A DNA stretch of 64,000 nt, from positions 190,293 through 254,292 of the forward strand of contig JBIJDH010000010.1 in NCBI GenBank assembly GCA_044344255.1, given 5' to 3'. A model generated the notes under the pieces. That model did no database searches. It saw nothing but the letters and a program-made list of their open reading frames with translations, and was not told the DNA's origin. The stretch comes from Myxococcota bacterium (GTDB taxonomy: Bacteria; Myxococcota_A; UBA796; UBA2385). This document shows positions 47,677 to 56,584 of the stretch, piece by piece. How positions within the stretch are numbered: position 1 is the first letter of the stretch; the number at the start of each line of letters is the position of its first letter. Both the position numbers and the translations under genes were made by a program.

Positions 47677-48486
47677 ATGGCCCCGCGCGCTGCCCTTCCC
47701 CTGCTCTGCTCCGTGTTCCTCCTCACCTCCGTCGCCCAGGCCGCGGGGGAGCCGGTCGCCGCCCCAGCGCCGCCGGCCCCGCCCGTCGCCGCGCCGGTCG
47801 CCGCGCCGCCTCCGCCGCCCGCGCCGCCGCCGGTCGCCGGGCCGCCCACGCTCACGCTCAGCCCCGAGAAGCTGCGCGCCCTGCGCGAATACCGGGAGCG
47901 GAGCCTCTCCGTCCAGGGCGAGACCGAGCTCTCCGGCGGCGGCTACCACGCGGTCGGAATGGGCTCCCCGCTCGGCCGCGGCATGTGGATGGACAGCTGG
48001 ATCGTGGCCGACCCCATCGTCGCCACCCGCGGCTGGGGCGTCTACCAGGGCCCGCAGCGGCTCAACGTGCCCACCTTCCTCGGCGCCGCCGGGCAGCCGG
48101 AGCGCAAGGCGAAGCTCGAGGCCGACATCTCGAAGCGCCGCCGGAACGGACACATCTGGATGGGGGTCGCCGGCTTGGGCGGCGCGGCCATCGTCACGGG
48201 CGTCGTGGGCATGGGCCAGAGCGAGACCCTCAACGGCCTCAAGACCTGGAACAACGTGACCTTCGCCGGCACGGGCCTCACCATCACGGGCCTCATCGGC
48301 GGCTCCGTCCCCACCGCCAAGGCCAGCCGCCTCCAGCGCTCCCCCGAGGCCTCGATGAGCGTCGCCGAGGCCCACAAGCTGGTCGACCACCACAACGAGA
48401 CCCTCCGCACCGAGCTCCAGCTCAGCCCGGAGGAGGTCTGGCTGGTGGAGGGCGGCGGGGCCCCGATGGCGCCGCGCTGGCCCTGA
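47677..48486 (+). CDS. Hypothetical exported/membrane protein
   Basis: GGAGG Shine-Dalgarno, signal peptide, Pro-rich linker, two Gly-rich hydrophobic helices. Confidence 0.7.
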   Translation: MAPRAALPLLCSVFLLTSVAQAAGEPVAAPAPPAPPVAAPVAAPPPPPAPPPVAGPPTLTLSPEKLRALREYRERSLSVQGETELSGGGYHAVGMGSPLGRGMWMDSWIVADPIVATRGWGVYQGPQRLNVPTFLGAAGQPERKAKLEADISKRRRNGHIWMGVAGLGGAAIVTGVVGMGQSETLNGLKTWNNVTFAGTGLTITGLIGGSVPTAKASRLQRSPEASMSVAEAHKLVDHHNETLRTELQLSPEEVWLVEGGGAPMAPRWP

Positions 48487-48536
48487 CGCAGCGCCACCCG
48501 CCCAGGGATCCAGCGGGGTGAGCTGGCGGCGGCCCC

Positions 48537-49694
48537 TCAGCCCCCCTGCTCCACGCCGTCGATCCACACCCGCTCCGGATCGGCGAGGCCCCGCGGCCAG
48601 GTGAGCGGGTCCTGGCGGAGCAGCAGGAAGCTCGCGCGCTGGCCCACCGCGAGGCCGCCGAGCTCGGGGAGGCCCCAGTAGGCGGCGGGGGCCGAGGTGC
48701 CCATCGTGAGGATCTCGGCGGCCGTGAAGCCGGCGTCCTCCAGCGCCCCGATCTCGGACTCGTAGATGCCGGGCGTGCGGATGTTGCCGAAGTCGGTGCC
48801 GTAGAGCACGGTGGCGCCGGCGTCGCGGAGGTGGCGGAGGTTCTCCGCGGCCTCGGCGCTCCCCCCGAAGGCGGCCAGGGTGCCCACCACCGCGCGCCCC
48901 GCGTAGGCGGCCACGGTGGGCTCGGAGAGGGCCTCGACGGGGGTGTGCGCGAGGAGATCGACCCCCGCGCGGGCGGCCAGGGCGGCCGAGGCCTCGCCCA
49001 TCGCGTGGCTCGCCACCTTGAGGCCGTGCGTGTGCGCGCGGGCGACGGCCGCGGTGATGGCCCTCTCGTCGAGGGCGGGGCTCCCGTTGATCGGGAGCTT
49101 GATCACGCCGGCGCCGGACGCGAAGAGGTGGTCTACCGCCGCCACCGCCTCGGCCTCACCCGCGCACTCGAGGCCGTAGCCGTCCCGACCCCAGGACTCC
49201 GTCGGGTAGCCGCCCTCGGCCGTCACCATCGGGCCAGCGGCGATGATCTGCATGGGCGCGTGGTCCAGGGCGAGGAAGGCCTCCGGCGCCGCGAGGTCGA
49301 CCGCCGCCGCCACCCCGCCCGCCGCCATCTCGGCCACCGCCGGCAGGTAGGCGAGGTGCACGTGGCTGTCGATGAAGGCGGGCACGAGCCAGCGCCCGCT
49401 CCCCTCGATGATGGTGGCCCCCGCCTCGTCCACGCCCCCGGCGCCCGCGGGCCCGACCGCCGTGATGCGCCCCCCGCCGAAGCGCAGCGAGACCGGCGTG
49501 TCGCTGCCCGCGAGCAGGACCCCGCGGAGCACGAGGTCAGCCGTCTGCGGGGCGGGCGCCGCGCCGGTCTCCCCCTCATCCGTCCCCCCCTCGTCTGCGC
49601 CTCCTGCGGGGGCCTCGGCCTTCGAGGGGGCCGGCCTGCGGGCGCAGGCGGCGGTGGAGAGGGCCAGGAGCAGCAGCGACCAGGAGCGGGGCAT
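48537..49694 (-). CDS. Amidohydrolase family lipoprotein
   Basis: Lipobox TAAC; P.FIDSHVH, IK, SHA, AH, GTD, G.L..G..A. Confidence 0.85.
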   Translation of the reverse strand: MPRSWSLLLLALSTAACARRPAPSKAEAPAGGADEGGTDEGETGAAPAPQTADLVLRGVLLAGSDTPVSLRFGGGRITAVGPAGAGGVDEAGATIIEGSGRWLVPAFIDSHVHLAYLPAVAEMAAGGVAAAVDLAAPEAFLALDHAPMQIIAAGPMVTAEGGYPTESWGRDGYGLECAGEAEAVAAVDHLFASGAGVIKLPINGSPALDERAITAAVARAHTHGLKVASHAMGEASAALAARAGVDLLAHTPVEALSEPTVAAYAGRAVVGTLAAFGGSAEAAENLRHLRDAGATVLYGTDFGNIRTPGIYESEIGALEDAGFTAAEILTMGTSAPAAYWGLPELGGLAVGQRASFLLLRQDPLTWPRGLADPERVWIDGVEQGG

Positions 49695-49797
49695 CGACAC
49701 CTCCCTCCGCCTACGCCGCGGCGGCCCCGGCAGATCAGCCAACCCTGCACGCTCACCTCGCCCGGGCCGACCGGATAGGGCCGCGCCGGGAGGCACC

Positions 49798-51339
49798 ATG
49801 GCCCTGGTCGTGCACTACGAGAGTGACTTCGTCGAGCTCACCGACTTCGAGATCCACGCCCCAACGGTCCGGCTCTTGCCGCGGGCCTGGTGCCGGCGCC
49901 TCGGGTTGGTCGTGCTCAACCGCGTCGAGGCCGCCGACCGCGCGCCCGCCGTCGTGGCGATGGTCGCCCCCGAAGACCAGACCACCGCAGAGGAGGTGGC
50001 CCGCCTGCTCGGCCGCCCCATCCATGTCCGCCGCCTCACCCGCTACGAGGTCGACCACGCCCTCAACCTCGGCTGGGACGGCCCCGAGTCGCTCGGCAAC
50101 GAGGGCAACGGGCGGGTGCTGCGCGCCCCCGGGCCGCTCCTCCGCCCCGAGAGCAGCGCCGTCGACCTCGTGGACCGCCTGCTCATCGACGCCATCCACT
50201 CTAGCGCCTCCGACATCCACCTCGAGACCTACGCCCACGACGTCGACCTGCGGCTGCGCATCGACGGCCGTATGGAGCAGGTCTTCACCCACATCACCCC
50301 CGACAACGTCGCGGAGGTGGTGGCCCGCCTCAAGGTGCTCGCCAACCTCGACATCGCCGAGCGCTGGAAGGCACAGGACGGACGCTTCCGCGTGACGCTG
50401 GTGCAGGGCGCCGAGACGCGGGTGGTGGACCTCCGCATCAACACCGCCCCCTCTCCCGCCGGCCAGGACGTGGTCCTCCGCATCCTCGACGCCACCCGCG
50501 GCCTCCTGCCGCTCCAGGCCCTCGGCCTCACGCCGGCCCTGCTCAAAGAGTGGCGGAAGCTCATCCACAACCCCGAGGGGATGCTGCTCGTCACCGGCCC
50601 CACCGGCAGCGGCAAGACCACCACCCTCTACGCCTCCCTGGCCGAGCTGGTGGCCGAGGGGCGCAAGATCGTGACCGCCGAGGACCCCATCGAGTACGTG
50701 GTCGACCACGTCAACCAGAAGCAGGTCAGCCCGCAGATGGGCTGGGCCGAGCTCCTCCGCGCCGCCCTCCGCCAGAACCCCGACGTCCTCTTCTTCGGCG
50801 AGCTGCGCGACAAGGACTCCGCCGCCAACGCCACCTCCGCCGCCGCCACCGGCCACCTCGTGCTCTCCACCCTGCACACGAGCGACACCGTGGGCGTGAT
50901 CCCCCGCCTCCGCGGCATCGGCCTGGAGGACATGGACATCGCCGAGGCCCTGCTCGGGGTCCTGGCCCAGCGCCTCTTCCGGCGGGTCTGCGCCGCCTGC
51001 GCCGAGCCTCGCCCGCCCACCGCGACCCAGGTGGCCCTCTTCGGCCCGCTGCTCGAGGGCGGCGCCTTCCGGCAGGGCCGCGGCTGCGCCGCATGTAAGG
51101 GCACCGGTTACCGCGGCCGCGTGGGCGTCTACGAGCTGCTCGTCTGCGACGTGGGCTTCGGCGACCTCATCACCGAGGGGGCGAGCACGAACACGCTCCG
51201 CGCCCACGCCCGCAAGCAGGGCCAGCGGCTGCTCGCCGAGGAGGCCCTCGACCGGGCCCGCGACGGCGTCACCAGCCTCGAGGAGATCGAGCGCAACATC
51301 CCCTACCGGCAGATCCTCGCCGCCCGCGCGCCCCGCTGA
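49798..51339 (+). CDS. GspE/PilB family secretion/pilus ATPase
   Basis: ASDIH.E, QDGR, GPTGSGKTTTLY, EDPIEY, LRQNPD...GELRD, GHLVLSTLHT, two CxxC pairs. Confidence 0.93.
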   Translation: MALVVHYESDFVELTDFEIHAPTVRLLPRAWCRRLGLVVLNRVEAADRAPAVVAMVAPEDQTTAEEVARLLGRPIHVRRLTRYEVDHALNLGWDGPESLGNEGNGRVLRAPGPLLRPESSAVDLVDRLLIDAIHSSASDIHLETYAHDVDLRLRIDGRMEQVFTHITPDNVAEVVARLKVLANLDIAERWKAQDGRFRVTLVQGAETRVVDLRINTAPSPAGQDVVLRILDATRGLLPLQALGLTPALLKEWRKLIHNPEGMLLVTGPTGSGKTTTLYASLAELVAEGRKIVTAEDPIEYVVDHVNQKQVSPQMGWAELLRAALRQNPDVLFFGELRDKDSAANATSAAATGHLVLSTLHTSDTVGVIPRLRGIGLEDMDIAEALLGVLAQRLFRRVCAACAEPRPPTATQVALFGPLLEGGAFRQGRGCAACKGTGYRGRVGVYELLVCDVGFGDLITEGASTNTLRAHARKQGQRLLAEEALDRARDGVTSLEEIERNIPYRQILAARAPR

Positions 51340-51368
51340 GGCGCCGGCGGGTCGGTTAAGGTCTGGGC

Positions 51369-51963
51369 ATGTCTGCCGCGACGAAGCTCCCAGATGGCGC
51401 TCCTCCGAAGAGCCGGCCTCCGCCCGTCGGGCCCTCGGTCGAGGCCTGGCGGGCCCTGTCGCCGCACGCGCGCGAGCGCTTCTTGGACAGGGTCGCCGCC
51501 GCGCTGACAGAGGAGGCGCTGCGGTCTCCCGAGGCGCGTCCCCACCGGTCCAGCCGAGATCGCGCCCACGACGCCCTCTCGCGCTGGTTCACCCAATCCG
51601 GCCGCCCGGTTTACCTCTGCGTCAATGAGATCGTTCAATACCCGGGCTCCCGAGGCTGCTGTCCCGACCTCTTCGCCGTGGTGGGGGTCCCCGACCCCGG
51701 GCCCGAGGCAGACCGCCGCGCCTGGGTGGTGGCCGACGAGGGCCGGGGCATCGACCTCGTGTTGGAGGTGCTCTACAGCGGCGACCGAGACAAGGCAGCG
51801 CGCCCTCGAAGAGGCCCGCCGCGCAGAAGACGAGGCCCGCCGCGCAGACGAGGCCACCCGCCTCGCGGCAGAGGCGAACCGGCGCGCCGACGAAGAAGCG
51901 ACCGCTCGAAGGGTCGCGGAGGCCCGCGTGGCGGAGCTGCTCGCCCGCCTCGGCGAGTCCTAA
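51369..51963 (+). pseudogene. Uma2 family gene with internal deletion and frameshift
   Basis: PDLFAV...W.V..EG..IDLVLEV..GDRDK runs straight into the coiled-coil tail (ALEEARRAE...VAELLARLGES) in another frame at about 51795. Confidence 0.8.
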
Positions 51964-51972
51964 GCCCCCATC

Positions 51973-52192
51973 CGGGGCCATCGTTCCGCCCTTCGGGGCC
52001 ATCGCATCGCCCTTCGGGGCCATCGCATCGCCCTTCGGGGCCATCGCACTGCCCTTCGGGGCCATCGCACTGCCCTTCGGGGCCATCGCACTGCCCTTCG
52101 GGGCCATCGCACTGCCCTTCGGGGCCATCGCATCGCCCTTCGGGGCCATGCCACTGCCCTTCGGGGCCATGCCACTGCCCTTCGGGGCCATC
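51973..52192. repeat. 21-bp tandem array, 10 full units plus a partial (cggggccatcgcactgccctt)
   Basis: Units start at 51973 + 21n; variation is confined to the middle bases. Confidence 0.95.
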
Positions 52193-52279
52193 GCGCGGCC
52201 GGTCACCGCCCCGTGTGAATCGCCCCCCACCCCAGCCCTCCCCCACGAGAGGAGAGGAAGCATGCCGTCCGACTCCGCC

Positions 52280-52527
52280 GGGAGCGGGGAGGCCGTTGCC
52301 GCAGATGTCCGGGGCGCCCGGATAGACCGCGGCGCGGCTGTCGTCGCAGTCCTCTCCCGTGGGGAGATAGCCCGCGGGGCTGTCGCAGCGCGCCTCGGGG
52401 GCCGACGCATCACCCAGCCGTCTCCGTCCACGTCTGGATCGAGGGTGGTCGTCGGGAGGCCGTCGCCCTTGGGGCTGCAGGCCCCGAGAAAGGCGAGGAG
52501 CAGGGAGAGTAAAGAGGAGAGGATCAA
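52280..52527 (-). pseudogene. Remnant of lipoprotein with MopE-related putative metal-binding repeat
   Basis: Lipobox LGAC and DVDGDGW in one frame; CDSPAGYLPTGEDCDDSRAAVYPGAPDICGNG in another frame; then homology ends. Confidence 0.65.
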
Positions 52528-52639
52528 GGGATTTCCGTCGTTGCGCTCCCCGAAGATGAACGTGTCTTCAATATTGACCTAACCCGACCCGTTGGACGCG
52601 CCTCCGTCCGGGAGGTAAGGGCGCGCCCTCGGAGGAAGG

Positions 52640-53293
52640 ATGAACCAGCGACGGACGACTCGGGTGGTGGCAGGGGTGTGGGCGCTCGCGGCTGTGGCGG
52701 GCCTCGCGGCCGGCTGCGACGACGAGCTCTTCGGCAGCAAGGAGTCGGGCGGGACGGTCACGGGCGAGGGCTGCGGCGCGGTGGCCGAGGTCATCTCCTC
52801 GAACTGCCTCGGCTGCCACTCGGCGGGCGGGCAGGCCGGCGGGCTCGACCTCGAGACCGACTGGTACAACACCGTCATCGACCGCGGCATCGTCGTCGCC
52901 GGTGACGCGGCGGGCAGCCTGCTCTACCAGCGCATCACCAGCGCCTCGAGCTCCATGCCGCCGACGGGCCTGATGCCCGAGGCGAACCAGGCCATCGTGG
53001 GCGACTGGATCGACGCCGGGGCGGCCTGTGAGCCCGACTCCGGCGGCAGCGACGGCGGCGGCATCGACCCCGACGCCACCGGCGAGGAGCTGTTCGCGGC
53101 CTGCGCCGGCTGTCACGGCGCCGACGGGGTGAGCGGCTCGGCCCCCGACCTCCCCGACGAGGTCCCCGGCGAGAGCGTGGCCGACATCAAGGAGGTCGTG
53201 ATGGAGGGCAAGGACTCGATGCCTTCGATCTACACCGACGAGGCCGCCGCCACGAAGGTCTCCCAGTACGTCGTCGACACCTTCGGAAACTGA
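52640..53293 (+). CDS. Diheme c-type cytochrome lipoprotein
   Basis: Lipobox AAGC; CLGCH and CAGCH, each followed by a candidate distal Met (MPP, MPS). Confidence 0.88.
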   Translation: MNQRRTTRVVAGVWALAAVAGLAAGCDDELFGSKESGGTVTGEGCGAVAEVISSNCLGCHSAGGQAGGLDLETDWYNTVIDRGIVVAGDAAGSLLYQRITSASSSMPPTGLMPEANQAIVGDWIDAGAACEPDSGGSDGGGIDPDATGEELFAACAGCHGADGVSGSAPDLPDEVPGESVADIKEVVMEGKDSMPSIYTDEAAATKVSQYVVDTFGN

Positions 53294-53305
53294 GCAGGAG
53301 CGCCC

Positions 53306-54181
53306 ATGATCAGCCTCGCCTTCATCACGCTCCTCGCCGGCGGCGTCGCCCGCGCCTCGGTAGACCCCGCCTGCGCCGACGTCGCCGCCGCGGGCACCCC
53401 CTCGGGCTACTCCGAGCAAGGTCAGCAGGACTACCTGCTCAACTTCTTCAGCCTCGCCACCACGCTGTCGCCCCTCCACGGCCCCGTGCCGAATGAGCCC
53501 GGCCACGGCTCGGTGGGCCTCGAGCTGGCCGTCATCCCGCCCCTGTCCTGTGAGCACCGCCTCGTGCTTAATTACACAAAGACAGAGGACACGAACAAGG
53601 CGCCGGTGATGCCGCGCTTCCGCGTACAGTTCACCTTCCCGCCCCTCGGCAAGATGGTGCCCTACGGCGGCCTCGCCTATGTGCCGCCGGTCACCGTCTT
53701 CGGCACCCGCAACGTCATCGTGTCCGGCGAGACGGGCATCTCCCGCCCCTTCGGCGAGGGCTGGGCCATCGGCGGGCGCGGGCACGCCACCCTGATGAAG
53801 TCTGTCGCCGAGATCGCCACCCCCTTCGACGAGGGTGACACCGCCTACAACGACTTCTACGTGGGCTCCACCTTCGGCCTCGACCTGCTCGCCGGCAAGG
53901 AGATCAAGGGCTTCACGCCCTACGTCGCGCTCGGCTACACCGACGTCTCGACCTTCTTCTACATCGGTGACGACGGCGTGGTCACCAACAACGGCACGCC
54001 CTACGCCGGGCTCACCCACAGCCTCGGCCTCTCCGTGAAGAAGATCAAGCACGTCGATCTCGCCGCCGAATACTACGGCGCGCCCTACAACTTCAACAAG
54101 GAGAACGCCGTCACCGGCGGAGAGACCTCGCCGGGCGCGCACCTCCACACCGGGAGGGCCCGGATCGCCTATCGCTGGTGA
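53306..54181 (+). CDS. Probable outer-membrane beta-barrel protein
   Basis: Signal peptide ARA; amphipathic strands; C-terminal RARIAYRW; co-oriented with the cytochrome. Confidence 0.72.
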   Translation: MISLAFITLLAGGVARASVDPACADVAAAGTPSGYSEQGQQDYLLNFFSLATTLSPLHGPVPNEPGHGSVGLELAVIPPLSCEHRLVLNYTKTEDTNKAPVMPRFRVQFTFPPLGKMVPYGGLAYVPPVTVFGTRNVIVSGETGISRPFGEGWAIGGRGHATLMKSVAEIATPFDEGDTAYNDFYVGSTFGLDLLAGKEIKGFTPYVALGYTDVSTFFYIGDDGVVTNNGTPYAGLTHSLGLSVKKIKHVDLAAEYYGAPYNFNKENAVTGGETSPGAHLHTGRARIAYRW

Positions 54182-54187
54182 CCGCCC

Positions 54188-55594
54188 TCAGGGCGCCGCG
54201 AACACCGCGTCGAGCTCCGCCGGGGGTCGCTCCATGAGCCGGCGGGACTCTTCGAGGAGCTCGGCCAAGGGCACCACCACGGGGGGGCCCGCGTCGGGGC
54301 CCAGCGGCAGTCGCTGCCGGTAGATGCGCGTGCCCAGCGGGTAGTGGCGCTCGAAGTCGGGGAGCCGCGCCGCGGCGTCGGGCCAGAGGGCCTGGAGCTC
54401 GGGGTCGAGCTTCACGCCGCGCATGCCGCTCGCGTAGGCGGGCTGGAGGCGGACGTGGCTGAGCTCGACCACGAGGGCGACCGCGCCGTCGGGCCGCGCG
54501 AGCTCGGGGCGCCAGGCGCGGGTCTCGCCGGGGCCGAGGCGCTCGTCCTTCACGCGGCGCGGCGCTCGGCCGGCGGCCTCGTCACCCCAGTCCCAGCGCT
54601 GGCCCACGCGCAGCAGCGCGCGCCCGAGGGAGGCGCCGCCCGCGTCCTCGTAGCGGGCCTCCACGCGGAGGTAGCGCTCGGGGTCGGCCGTGGGCAGCGC
54701 GTGGCCGGCCGTGTTCTCGAGGGTGACGACGAGCGGATCGAGCGAGACCGAGACCTCGACCCCCGGCGTATAGCCGCGGGCGAGCAGGCTCTCGTACCCC
54801 TCGGGTGACTTCGGCACCCCGCCCCCCGCCCAGCCGTGGACGCGCGTGGCCCGCACCGGCGACCCCGCCGCCACCGGCCGCTCCGCCGCGGGCATGTGGC
54901 AGCTCGTGCAGGTGCTGCCGGCCGCCGGCCCCGCCGCGAGCTCGTCGGCGGTCTCGAACCAGCAGAAGAGCGAGGGGCTGATGACCGCCGGGCCCGGGCT
55001 GTGGCAGCGCACGCAGATGTTCGTCAGGGCCGCGGGATCGACCCGCGTGCGGTGCGGTGCCACCACCCCCTCGTGGGGGACGATCACGGTGCCCTGCCCG
55101 TCGGCGTCGCGGCGCACGTGGCAGGTGGCGCAGGTGATGGCCTCGGCCACCCGGGCGGGCTCGTGGGCGGGGTTCGGCGGGGCGTCGATCTGCCGGATGT
55201 CGCCCGCCGAGACGAGGCGGGTAGAGGGCGTGATCAGCCGGTCGCGCTGGACGGCCGTGGGGATGTGGCAGTTGAGGCAGAGCCAACGGGGGCTCGTGGA
55301 CTTCTGCAGCTCGGCCATGAGCTGGAGGTCGTGCATCGCGCTCGCGTGCGTGCTCGTCGACCACTCGGCGAAGAAGGCCGTGTGGCAGCCCCCGCAGGTG
55401 GCCGCGTCGCTCGGCAGCGCCCCTCCGTTCAGGAGGGCGACCGTGGCGGGCGCGTCGATGGGGGTGAGGAAGGGCCAGTCGCCGAAGCGCTCGACGAGGG
55501 TGGGCCCATGCGCGCGCTGACAGGCGACGAGGCCCACCAGCAGGCCAAGCGAGACGCGGAGACCGAGGGCGCGGGGCCGGGCGGGGGGCTCCAC
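54188..55594 (-). CDS. Pentaheme c-type cytochrome lipoprotein (c554/c552-like)
   Basis: CGGCH, CLNCH, CATCH, CVRCH, CTSCH; EW..S.HA; GHALPT; lipobox LVAC. Confidence 0.87.
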   Translation of the reverse strand: MEPPARPRALGLRVSLGLLVGLVACQRAHGPTLVERFGDWPFLTPIDAPATVALLNGGALPSDAATCGGCHTAFFAEWSTSTHASAMHDLQLMAELQKSTSPRWLCLNCHIPTAVQRDRLITPSTRLVSAGDIRQIDAPPNPAHEPARVAEAITCATCHVRRDADGQGTVIVPHEGVVAPHRTRVDPAALTNICVRCHSPGPAVISPSLFCWFETADELAAGPAAGSTCTSCHMPAAERPVAAGSPVRATRVHGWAGGGVPKSPEGYESLLARGYTPGVEVSVSLDPLVVTLENTAGHALPTADPERYLRVEARYEDAGGASLGRALLRVGQRWDWGDEAAGRAPRRVKDERLGPGETRAWRPELARPDGAVALVVELSHVRLQPAYASGMRGVKLDPELQALWPDAAARLPDFERHYPLGTRIYRQRLPLGPDAGPPVVVPLAELLEESRRLMERPPAELDAVFAAP

Positions 55595-55595
55595 C

Positions 55596-56462
55596 TCAGC
55601 GCATCCGCTCGAGGCGGTGGAAGTGGGCCAGCAGGCCAGCGAAGGGGTCCTCCTCGGTGCCGATGGCGGTCGCCCAGGCCCCGCTCTTGCGGAGGCGGGC
55701 GAGGCGGCCCTGCAGGGCCTCGCGGGCGAAGAGGGCGCCTGCGTCGATGAGCTTGCGGCGGCCGGACTCGGCGTCCTCCACCTCGATGAGCCCGAGGGCG
55801 GGGAGCCGCGCCTCCTGCGGATCGTGGATGAGGAAGGCGTTGACGTGGTGGCGACGGGCGAGCACGGCGAGGGGACGCTCGAAGGAGGAGGGGGCCAGGA
55901 AGTCAGAGAGCAGGCAGATCACGCTGCGGCGCCGCAAGGAGCGGGCGAGGCGCTCGAGGGCGAGGCCGAGATCGGTGCCGCGCCGGGCCGGCGGCGGGGC
56001 GAAGGCGGCCTGGAGCACGGCCCAGGCGTGGCCGCGGCTCTTGCGGGGCGGCAGGAATTCTTCGACCTGCTCGGTGAAGGTGAGCATCCCCACCCGATCG
56101 CCGTTCCGCACCGCCGCCCAAGCCAGGGCGCCGGCGAGGCGGGCCTGCTGGAGCCGCTTGTCGGTCTTGCCGTCCTTGCCGCCCGAGCCCACCCGCAGCG
56201 AGCCCGAGACGTCGAGCACGAGCACGAGGGTGAGCTCACGCTCCTCGCGGAACTGCTTGATGAAGGGCTCGCCCGCCCGCGCCGTGACGTTCCAGTCGAT
56301 GTGGCGGACGTCGTCGCCGGGGACGTAGGGCCGCACCTCCTCGAACTCCATGCCCCGGCCACGGAAGGCGCTGCGGTACTGCCCCGCGAAGGGGGAGTCG
56401 ACCCTCCGGTTGAGCTGGAGGTGCAGGCGCTTGATCTGGCGGAGCTCTTCGGTGGTCAGCAT
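55596..56462 (-). CDS. DUF58 domain protein
   Basis: G.GMEFEEVR.Y.PGDDVR.IDWNVTAR, K.F.EERE, D.SGS, SDF. Confidence 0.93.
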   Translation of the reverse strand: MLTTEELRQIKRLHLQLNRRVDSPFAGQYRSAFRGRGMEFEEVRPYVPGDDVRHIDWNVTARAGEPFIKQFREERELTLVLVLDVSGSLRVGSGGKDGKTDKRLQQARLAGALAWAAVRNGDRVGMLTFTEQVEEFLPPRKSRGHAWAVLQAAFAPPPARRGTDLGLALERLARSLRRRSVICLLSDFLAPSSFERPLAVLARRHHVNAFLIHDPQEARLPALGLIEVEDAESGRRKLIDAGALFAREALQGRLARLRKSGAWATAIGTEEDPFAGLLAHFHRLERMR

Positions 56463-56584
56463 GCGCGGTCCCGGGCGGCCCGCTCTAACCCCGCGGCGCT
56501 CGCTGGGCGTCCTGCGGCGGGCCACCCCCCAAACGGGGCCCCCCATCCACCTGGGCCTCGGGTGGACCGGGGTTAGGGGGCGGC

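Noticed and set aside
51973..52192. Possible CRISPR array
   Set aside because: Contiguous 21-bp units with no unique spacers, and no cas genes in the window.
51622..52527. 301-aa ORF with MAPKG repeats as a real protein
   Set aside because: Chimeric read-through of a lipoprotein remnant, the tandem array and antisense Uma2.
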